Source of the DNA: Gammaproteobacteria bacterium
GTDB lineage: Bacteria > Pseudomonadota > Gammaproteobacteria > CAJXQU01
Assembly: GCA_965238175.1 (NCBI GenBank)
Contig: CBDEGZ010000003.1
Location: 3,040,001 to 3,104,000, forward strand
Direction of reading: 5' to 3'
Length of the DNA stretch: 64,000 nt
Of this stretch, positions 40,082 to 49,600 are shown one piece after another (positions within the stretch are counted from its first letter, which is position 1; each line of letters opens with the position of its first letter). The notes under the pieces are model-generated. The model saw only the letters and a program-made list of their open reading frames with translations. It ran no database searches and was not told the origin of the DNA. The position numbers and the translations under genes are program-made.

Positions 40082-41530
40082 ATGAAAAAGAAATTAACGA
40101 CTAGTGCCGGCTGCCCAGTCGCCAACAACCAAAACATTATGACAGCGGGTCCTCACGGACCACAGTTATTGCAGGATGTATGGTTTTTAGAAAAGCTTGC
40201 ACATTTTGATCGAGAAGTTATTCCTGAAAGGCGAATGCACGCAAAAGGATCTGGTGCTTATGGAACATTTACTGTGACGAATAGCATCACAAAATATACA
40301 CGAGCGAAAATATTCTCGGAAGTCGGAAAGAAAACTGATCTTTTCGCAAGGTTTACCACCGTCGCTGGTGAGCGTGGCGCTGCAGATGCTGAACGTGATA
40401 TTCGTGGCTTCGCGCTTAAGTTCTATACTGAAGAAGGTAACTGGGATTTAGTTGGGAATAATACGCCCGTTTTCTTTTTGCGTGACCCATTGAAATTCCC
40501 AGATCTTAATCATGCTGTAAAACGTGATCCGCGAACTAATATGCGTAGTGCACAAAACAACTGGGATTTTTGGACATCCCTTCCTGAAGCATTGCATCAA
40601 GTGACAATCGTTATGAGCGATAGAGGCCTGCCCAAAACTTATCGCCACATGCATGGTTTCGGTAGCCATACGTTCAGTATGATCAATGCGGGTAATGAGC
40701 GTGTTTGGGTCAAATTTCACTTTAAATCCAACCAAGGTATTGAAAACCTAACTAATCAGGAAGCTGAGGTTGTGATTGGTCAAGATCGCGAAAGTCATCA
40801 AGCAGATTTATATAACGCGATTGAAGAGGGTGATAATCCATCATGGGTTTTGTCTATTCAAGTAATGACTGAAGAGCAGGCTGAGCAGTCACCTTACAAT
40901 CCTTTCGATTTGACCAAAGTGTGGCCGCATGGTGATTATCCACTTATTGAAGTTGGCGTTATGGAGTTGAATAAAAACCCTGAAAACTTCTTTGCAGAAG
41001 TTGAGCAATCTGCCTTCAACCCTGCAAATGTCGTCCCCGGGATCAGTTTTTCTCCTGACAAAATGTTGCAAGGTCGTTTGTTCTCATACGGTGATGCACA
41101 ACGATATCGTTTGGGCGTAAACCATAATCAGATCCCTGTGAATGCACCTCGCTGCCCGGTTCATAATTATCACCGTGATGGAGCAATGCGTGTTGATGGG
41201 AATCAGGGAAGTACGATTGGTTATGAACCAAATAGTCAGGGCGAATGGCAGGAGCAACCTGATTATTCGGAACCACCAATGAATTTGTCAGGTGCGGCGG
41301 CACGTTGGGATCACCGTGAAGACGATGATTATTATTCACAACCGGGCAATTTGTTCAGACTGATGAGTGACGAAAAGAAGGAAGCTTTATTTAATAATAC
41401 TGCTGCTTCTGCTGGTGGGGCTTCAGTCGAAGTTCAAAAACGACATATCAGTAACTGCTTAAAAGCTGATCCAGCATATGGCGCTGGTGTAGCAAAGGCA
41501 CTTGGCCTTTCTATTGATGACGTTGAATAA
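40082..41530 (+). CDS. katA: Monofunctional heme catalase (small subunit)
   Basis: [55 protein letters not shown]. Confidence 0.97.
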   Translation: MKKKLTTSAGCPVANNQNIMTAGPHGPQLLQDVWFLEKLAHFDREVIPERRMHAKGSGAYGTFTVTNSITKYTRAKIFSEVGKKTDLFARFTTVAGERGAADAERDIRGFALKFYTEEGNWDLVGNNTPVFFLRDPLKFPDLNHAVKRDPRTNMRSAQNNWDFWTSLPEALHQVTIVMSDRGLPKTYRHMHGFGSHTFSMINAGNERVWVKFHFKSNQGIENLTNQEAEVVIGQDRESHQADLYNAIEEGDNPSWVLSIQVMTEEQAEQSPYNPFDLTKVWPHGDYPLIEVGVMELNKNPENFFAEVEQSAFNPANVVPGISFSPDKMLQGRLFSYGDAQRYRLGVNHNQIPVNAPRCPVHNYHRDGAMRVDGNQGSTIGYEPNSQGEWQEQPDYSEPPMNLSGAAARWDHREDDDYYSQPGNLFRLMSDEKKEALFNNTAASAGGASVEVQKRHISNCLKADPAYGAGVAKALGLSIDDVE

Positions 41531-41570
41531 TAACTCGTCATGAGACTTAACCAGATAATTGAAGTTATAG

Positions 41571-41611
41571 TGGACGAGTTATTACTGTTTTATAAACGAT
41601 AACAACTCGTC
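41571..41611. terminator. Hairpin downstream of katA
   Basis: ggacgagttattactgttt-tat-aaacgataacaactcgtcc inverted repeat, with no clear U-tract. Confidence 0.5.
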
Positions 41612-41835
41612 CGTCTCAATTGATGAATATAGGCCACGGCTTGAAAATGCTTTTGTTTTTTCTTCGAGAAGAAGGCTTAAGACAAGAAATTTATATATCG
41701 AAACAATAAATGGGTTTGATGATAAAACACAAGAAGAATCTTGAAACAAAAAGTGCATCTAGAGAAATGAATTGCCTTAAAAAAACTTGAACACTTGATT
41801 AAACTAGAAAAGGTTTACCCTAATTGACTATCAAG

Positions 41836-43061
41836 TGTAGAAGTTTAGACCCAATCTGACACATCACTAAATCAAGCGGAGCGTAGCGACGCTTGATTTA
41901 GTGAGAGTTACCCGCTTTGATGTAACTGCAACGTAAACATCAAAACACAAAGAGGTAACTCTCATGATTCATACTAATGACAAAGTTATAAAACATAAAG
42001 TTGGTCTACTCAATCTCGCTGAAGAACTCGGCAATGTCTCAAAAGCCTGCAAGATGATGGGTTTGTCCAGAGATACATTTTATCGCTACAAAGAAGCGGC
42101 TGATGAAGGCGGTGTAGAAGCCTTGTTTGATCGTAATCGGCGTACCCCAAATCTTAAAAACAGAATCGACCCGGCTATTGAAACCGTTGTGCTCGAGTAT
42201 GCACTGGAAGAGCCCGCACATGGTCAAACGCGCACCAGTAACGAGCTGCGCAAACGGGGAACATTTGTCTCACCCAGTGGCGTTCGTTGTATCTGGCTTC
42301 GTCATGGTCTTGCTTGCTTTAAAGATCGCCTGAAGGCATTGTCTGATAAGGTAGCTGGTGAAGGCTTGATCCTCACTGAGTCTCAAGTCGCGGCGATGGA
42401 ACGCAAGAAAGACGACGATGAGGCTTGTGGCGAGATAGAGACGGCACACCCTGGTTATCTTGGCTCGCAAGATACTTACTATGTCGGTACTTTCAAAGGC
42501 ATTGGTCGGGTTTATCAACAAACGTTTGTTGATACTTACAGCAAGGTCGCTCACGCGAAACTGTACCCGACTAAAACACCGATTACGGCAGCTGACATGC
42601 TCAATGACCGCGTCCTCCCATTCTACGAACAACAACGTTTGCCTATGTTGCGCATTTTGACAGATAGAGGGACGGAGTATTGTGGGCGAGCTGACCAGCA
42701 TGATTATCAGCTTTATATGGCGTTGAACAATATCGAACACACCAAAACCAAGGTCAAATCACCTCAGACGAATGGTATTTGTGAGCGATTCCATAAGACG
42801 ATCCTCAATGAGTTTTATCAAGTCGCTTTGCGTAAGAAAATTTACCAATCGATTGATGAACTGCAACTCGACCTTGACGAATGGTTGCTCAAATACAATA
42901 CTCAACGAACTCACCAAGGCAAAATGTGCTGCGGGAGGACGCCGATGGAAACACTCATCGACGGACAAGCTATCTGGAAGGAAAAGTTTGTGAATTAAAC
43001 TTAACCTGACAGTCGGTTACTGATAATTGGGTAACTGTCAGATCAAATCTGAATTTCTACA
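41836..43061 (+). mobile_element. IS481-family element, copy 2 (1226 bp)
   Basis: Near-identical to 32255-33480; 7-bp target duplication TATCAAG; inserted in the last codons of zapA. Confidence 0.95.
41964..42998 (+). CDS. IS481-family DDE transposase
   Basis: Differs from copy 1 at two residues (E->Q, L->V). Confidence 0.95.
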   Translation: MIHTNDKVIKHKVGLLNLAEELGNVSKACKMMGLSRDTFYRYKEAADEGGVEALFDRNRRTPNLKNRIDPAIETVVLEYALEEPAHGQTRTSNELRKRGTFVSPSGVRCIWLRHGLACFKDRLKALSDKVAGEGLILTESQVAAMERKKDDDEACGEIETAHPGYLGSQDTYYVGTFKGIGRVYQQTFVDTYSKVAHAKLYPTKTPITAADMLNDRVLPFYEQQRLPMLRILTDRGTEYCGRADQHDYQLYMALNNIEHTKTKVKSPQTNGICERFHKTILNEFYQVALRKKIYQSIDELQLDLDEWLLKYNTQRTHQGKMCCGRTPMETLIDGQAIWKEKFVN

Positions 43062-43353
43062 TATCAAGTGCAGTGGAAATTTTATCCTGCACCCGTTGCA
43101 ATGCATCTTGAAAATCTTCTGAAACACCCTGATTTCCATTCTTATATTCAAGATATTCATGGACAATATTCAGCGCAGCCATCACTACAATTCGTTCACT
43201 TCCAGCAATCTTTCCATTGCTTCTAACTTCCTTCAACTTACCATTTAGAAACTCAACTGATGTGTAGAGCGAATCGCGCTCCTCGTCTGTACATGCAACC
43301 GTATATTCTTTATCTAGTATGCTGACTGTTACGGGTTTTTGCTCTTCGCTCAT
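43057..43353 (-). CDS. zapA: Cell division protein ZapA (C-terminus altered by IS481)
   Basis: VTVSILDKEYTVAC..EE..L...., G.ERIVVMAALNI.HE; syntenic with ygfB-pepP-ubiH. Confidence 0.92.
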   Translation of the reverse strand: MSEEQKPVTVSILDKEYTVACTDEERDSLYTSVEFLNGKLKEVRSNGKIAGSERIVVMAALNIVHEYLEYKNGNQGVSEDFQDALQRVQDKISTALDM

Positions 43354-43583
43354 GTCCGAGTTTCCATAGATTTAAGACGTGAAATCATTGCTTCTACACG
43401 GGTTCGCGCTAGTTCCGTTTTTTCAATCAAATCAGCTCTTTCTACCGCTAGCGCACCTTGCTGTTGACGCAAGGCCTCATTCTCTGCACTCAGGTTTTCT
43501 ATGGTCTGGATAAGTTGATCTACTTTTAATTCTAACGCTAAAAGATCCATCGGCTCCCTATTACTATCGTTATTGTCACTCAT
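43350..43583 (-). CDS. TIGR02449-type coiled-coil protein (ZapB-like)
   Basis: LE.KVDQLI.....L..EN..LR......ERA.LIEK.ELAR.RVEAMISRLKSME; overlaps the zapA start. Confidence 0.88.
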   Translation of the reverse strand: MSDNNDSNREPMDLLALELKVDQLIQTIENLSAENEALRQQQGALAVERADLIEKTELARTRVEAMISRLKSMETRT

Positions 43584-43625
43584 TTGTCACTGATCCACTT
43601 AGGATATCATGCAAATCATAGAGGC

Positions 43626-43656
43626 CACCGATAGATCGGTCAAGATCTATCGGTGA
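43626..43656. terminator. Hairpin after the giant gene
   Basis: caccgatagatc-ggtcaa-gatctatcggtg, 12-bp stem. Confidence 0.55.
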
Positions 43657-43682
43657 TTTGTTCTATGTTTTCAGTGGAATAG

Positions 43683-46600
43683 TTACCATTTACCGATAAT
43701 ATCTAGGAACAGACCGTGAACATCGTAGTCCTGGCGAGTCAAATCATCATCAAACTTGGTGAAGTTATAACCCGCACCAACTTTAACGTTATCTCCAAGG
43801 TGACGATATAAACCCAATAATGCACCATGTCGCATATCGTCTTCCGTTTCAGACTGTAACCAACGGTATTCTGCCAGTCCATCCCAATGTTTGATAAAGT
43901 GATACCGTGCACGAACTACGGCTAGCCTTGCACCGGTTTCAAACCATTTACCTTGGTCACGATCTTGCCTGATATCACCACGTTTATAGGCTAATTTGCC
44001 ACCTAATTCCCAATATTCATCTAGATCGTAGAGTCCTTCTAGCGAGAGCACATGACTACGCTCATCATTTGGTCGTCGGGTAGATATCTGACCTTCGCTG
44101 GGCAGATCAAACAAGAAGCTATATTTAGCCAGTATATTCAGCTTGTCGTTAAATGTCGGTCGATATGCAGCACCGAAATCCAACTCCGTAAACTTGCCAT
44201 CTTTACGGCTATCGTCATCATCATTCGTCACAGAGAAGTTTAATTTACCTAACCACCTAAGACTCGGATCTTGCTTCCATTCGATGGCATTACTGGTTAG
44301 CCATTGTGTTGCGTTAACAGAACCTTCATCCTTTCTATATTCCAGTCGAGTGCTACCTTGCACACCATCTGATCCATACTGGGCTCCGACACTAAGAACA
44401 TCACGTTCAATATCTTCAGCACCTGTTACATCTAGATTACTGGATTGCATGGATGCAGAAAGACTCCAGGCATCGCTCAAGGCAAAGTCCAAACCATATA
44501 CCTTACTGACGCCGTCTTGAAGATCACTTTCAACAAACTGGTTCTCGCTAAACAATTTCAAACCATTTGCATATTCCCGACGACTACCCATCGTTAAGGT
44601 TGATCGTTTGCTGCCTGTTCGATCAGGATCTATTGCATAAGTACCGTACAAATCCACACCACTTGCGGTTGTATAGTTAGCGCCAACTTGACTTGTAGCT
44701 CCATCACCAAAACCACTGGATAATGAAAGCGTGGTCTTATCATTTACTGCATATTCAACACCTGCAACATAGGCATTTCCACGATCTCCGACACTGACCT
44801 CACCTTTCAATGCAAGCCGATCATTAACCTGAGTTGTCACACCCACTGTTGCCATATCATTGTCGTCATAATCATCCTTTTCAGAGAGCGTACCTTGTAG
44901 CGCACCGTACATCCGTGTCTGCTCCGTGAAGAAGTATTCCGCACTGACACCCAATAAATTTGCTGATCCATCTTCTCCGGTCAGAAAATCATCAATATCT
45001 TCATGTCGAATTTCGGCACCAACGGCAAATTCATTTGTGACTGCATAATCGCCTTGCAGACTTAGGTTTGTTTCTTTGCTTAAACCGTCTCTATCGTAAA
45101 CCGTTCCTCGTCCTGATATTGTCAGGTTTTCAGTCGCTTGAATTTGTCCTTCAAGACCAGCATCTAAAGTGTCAATACCGTTATCAACACGCGCGGCCGA
45201 GAAACCGGAATCCCGATCTTTATACCAAACTTCAAGTCGGCCATCTGTTTTACCTTCCGTCACTTCGGTTAAATTAACTTTACCTTCGATACTAAAGGCT
45301 CTGCCATCAACTCTATCATTACCATTAACCGGGTTTTTATCACTAAACGACAAACCTCCATCTAGAGATTGAGAATCACTATCCGTCTGACGTGCATCTG
45401 TCTTCGCGTATTCCCCTTTTACGTATGTTCCCTTACCAAGTTTCAGAGTCACATCTGTACCATGCATTCGATAATCACTATCATCACGATTTTCCTTAAC
45501 CACCGTTGCACCAAGTGCTAAATTATCAGTAACCCAAACCTTACTTCGCCCACCGGCAGTTATCTTGTCAGCTTCAAAACCATCCGCTACGAATTCATAA
45601 TCTGATAACAAGTAAACATTGTTACCTTCCAACGGACGATCTTTTATGATTGCTGGCGCTGAATTATTGGCAACCTGAGTCAGAGGACGACTGAGAATTA
45701 GACGTCCTTGAATATAATCAATCTCATAGTCTCGACCTTCTTCAAGGGTGATATTTTCGAGCACTCTTTCTGTATCTTTAGCCCTTATTTCAACCCAGAC
45801 TTTTTCTGATCCCTGAACAATATCTTTATCTCTCAGGTAATAGAGACTACCGCCAGTTGCACTAAATTCATTATGTGCAAATGAAGTTTGCGCTTCTGAT
45901 CCAAAACCATTGAGTTCAACTTTATGATCTCCAAATTTTGTTGTATTCACAGAACGATGTTGCAACTGAACACCATAGAGGCTGCGATCATATTGGGCAA
46001 ACTCATTACCCGTGAATCCAGTATGATAATTACCCCAGACGAAATGCGACTTATCCCAATCAACCCGAACATAGGCAGCACCTTGGGTATCAACATCACT
46101 TATCGTTGTCGAATCATCACCATAAATTGGATAAAACCTATCTGAATCTAATCGACGGAAGATCCGACTTGGATCTTTTCTCTCAAGATTGGAGCCGATA
46201 TTTTTCAGTTCATCTTCAGTCGTATCAATCTGTGCCGTGATCAAATATTTACCTTTGATTTTTCCTTTTAAGTACATGGCAAGCCGACCATCGACGAAAA
46301 TTTCCTCATCAAAATGATCATCGACTTCTAACGGTGATGCATTTCCTGAAACGCTATTATTTCCTATCGTCATGTTCGCAAGACCAACGAGGAACATATA
46401 CTTACCCGTCACATCAATCGGTACCGCATACGCCCACTTTTCTTCAGTCGAAGTTTCTAATTCCAGATCAAAAGTATGTTGGCCCGGTGGTAAATGTTGT
46501 TCGATCACAAAGGTATTGTTCTCAGCAACAGGTACTTCAACACCATCAACCATCAATTTATGATTTTTGTTGAGATCAACACCATGCAGTCTAACTCGAC

Positions 46601-49600
46601 TACCATGAACAGGAATTGTCTGGCGTGCAAGTTGTGATTTACCATAAATCGCTAAACCATCTGCGATTTGAGCATTTCTTATCAAATCTGCATCGATCGT
46701 TTTCAAGAACTGTGGCGCTGTTTCATCCATATGTCCTTCGGCATCATAGGTTCGTAATACGTAAGTCAATGGAGCTCCTGTTTCATAACGTTGCCCATTA
46801 AAACCTTCCCCATCCCAAGTAACCTTGTCCATGAAGCTAATATCATTGCCTCTTAAAGTCGCGATTGGTTGAACCATATCTCGATCAGAATCAGCAAAAA
46901 TAGCCAATTCCCAGTGATCAATAAAATGCTTGTAGTTACTGTACAAACTAAAGGTCACAGGTTCAGCCACTGATCCATCATTGATGATCAACGCGCTATG
47001 CGCCATGATTGACAGTCGCGGATCATTTGCAGCTGGATCTTCGACTGCCCAGATTGCGCCTCCGTCAGGTAAAAGGATCCTACTGTCACCTGGTTTACTG
47101 GCGACGAACACTTTTTTCTCAACTGTTCTTTCTTCAATTATGTCGTAGTGAACTTCAATTTCTGATCGCCGATTTAATTGCATTCCTTCTGGCGTTTCAT
47201 TTGTCGCCGCCGGCTCATTAAAGGAACGACCAGATGTCGTGATACTACCTTTTGATAATCCCATTCGTTGTTCAAAAATTCTGGCCGTTTTTGCTGCCCG
47301 AGCTTCTGATAAGCCTTGATTATCGCGATATTTTCTGGCAGTAGCCGGCGCGAGTCGTTGCGTATCGGTATGCCCAACAATATGTACGCGTATGTTCGGT
47401 TTATCACTGAGTAAATAGAGAACTTCCTGAAGTTGTTTTATGTGTTCAGGACGAATAAATGATTTACCAGAATCAAAATAAATCGGATCGACCACATTGG
47501 AAAGTTTAACTACCTCTTCCTTCACTGTCTCCTGAACCTCCGGTCGACCGGCTAATGTAAGTCGACCCGGTTCAGGCAACTTGACGGCAAAATTGAATTT
47601 CGACACCAAGGCCTGAGTAATACGCAAAACACGCGGATTTTCACTTACAAATACTGTTCCTTCCGGCAAAGTTGCTGGATCAACTTTGACAATATAATTA
47701 CGTCCTCGATCCAGTCGTCCACCATCAATATCAGCAATGTGGTATCGACCATAACGATCAGTTTCGATCAGTAATCCTTCCACTGTTGCAAGACGAACGC
47801 CGGGGATCCCTTCTTCGCCTTTATCCTGTACACCATTACTATTTCGATCGTCAAAAACTTTACCTATAATAGTGGTCTTTTGTAGTATTGGATCTTGAAT
47901 AATCCGTACCTTTGCAGTCGCCTGGTTACTCACCGGCCCACCAAAGAATAATGCGATTGCGGTATTCACATATTCGCCTGCAACTACACCCGTCGATACA
48001 CGTGTAAAGTACGCGATTTGGATTGCCTCACCGGGAGCAAAACTAAGCCCGCCGAAGTTGATCGGATCAACCCCCGTTGGGTTAATGATCGTCTTCAGAT
48101 CATCGAGTGTTCCCAGCTCACCATCAGCACCTTCTCTGATCAATAATGCTGATTCCGGTACATAACGGAAACCACCGGGTAGATCATCTTGAATATCAAT
48201 ATTGTCCAGATTATTTGATGTAGTATTTTCAGCTTCTAGCGTATAGAAAACAATATCGCCAATAACCGCTTCAGATCGGTCCGCTCTTTTCGATAATAAA
48301 ATTGAGCCGGTTGTTGCCAGTGGATCGATCGGAATATGATTATTGATCACGTCCTGATCACCAGCTTCTAGTGCCCAGGTATAGAAATATCTTGTTGCAT
48401 CTCCTGCTTGTGGTGGTGTTGCCTGTGCTTGTAAGTTACACGGCGGACCTGTGGTTGCATCACCCGGACACGTGGTGGCATCCAGTGCACCTGCCTCTGA
48501 AAGAATTGTTGTTGAGGGTTGTATAAAACCACCAGGAATTGTCGTCAATCTGACCCTGTAATCACCTGCCAGTAGAGTACATCCAGCGACACCAAGTTGT
48601 AGATCAAATCGATATTGTCCATTTGCTGATGTTACTTGTCCCGATTGTCCTGGTAATAAACAGGCCGTCGGCACAACATTGTTAGAACTGTCAACAAGAT
48701 CGATCCCCACTCCCGGCACTGGAGCTCTAGTAACAGTGTTATAGATGACTCCGCTAGGATCAACCGGTATCGGAACATTCACAACCGTGGCATTTGGAAT
48801 AGGTATTGTCTCTCTATAGAAAGTCACTCCCTGAGGTGTAATAGCATCAATAGTGAAATTTCCTGGTGTAAGACCTGTAAAATCAAACAAACCATCTGCT
48901 GTAGTGACCAGCGTTCCCACAGTATTCCCATTACTATCTCTAGCAATAATGGTCCATCCTTCCAATGGGTTTTCAGTACTTCCTAATTGATCGTTCCCAT
49001 CCGTATCTAGCCATACAACACCGGTTATACCGGTAGTGTAAGTAATAGGCGTTGGATCATCACTCCCAGTTGTGTCACCAGGTGCTCCCGGATTAGTTGT
49101 AGTTGGGTCAACTCCACTATCAGAAAGATCGGTAATAAAAGAACCTGGAGCCGCAACGTCTTCACCCGTAATTCTAGCCTGATTGGTTAAAGGGTTAGGA
49201 ATACCACTTGCTTGAGGGTTTATTAGTACGGAAAAATCAAAAGTTATCTGCTGACCAGCATCCAACCGCCCTGATGTACCATCAAATAAATTCGGTAGAC
49301 TATTAGTAATATTAGGATTTGTTGTAGCAGTGCTTGATACAATGGTAGAGCTTCCTGTCTCATAAGCGACAAAGGCGCTCCCAAATTGAGTCGAGACATC
49401 GTCAACCAAACTTAAATTATTAAGGTTCAGCACCCCTGTATTTTGTATGACGAGGCGGAATCTGAGCCGAAGATTACTACCTACCTGTGTGACTTCTGCT
49501 ACTTCTTTAGTTAACGAAATTGCTGAGCTTACTGCAAGTATAATTTGGGTTGGATCATTTTCTGAACTGTTGCCGCCTAAAGAGATTGTTTCCGACGGAT

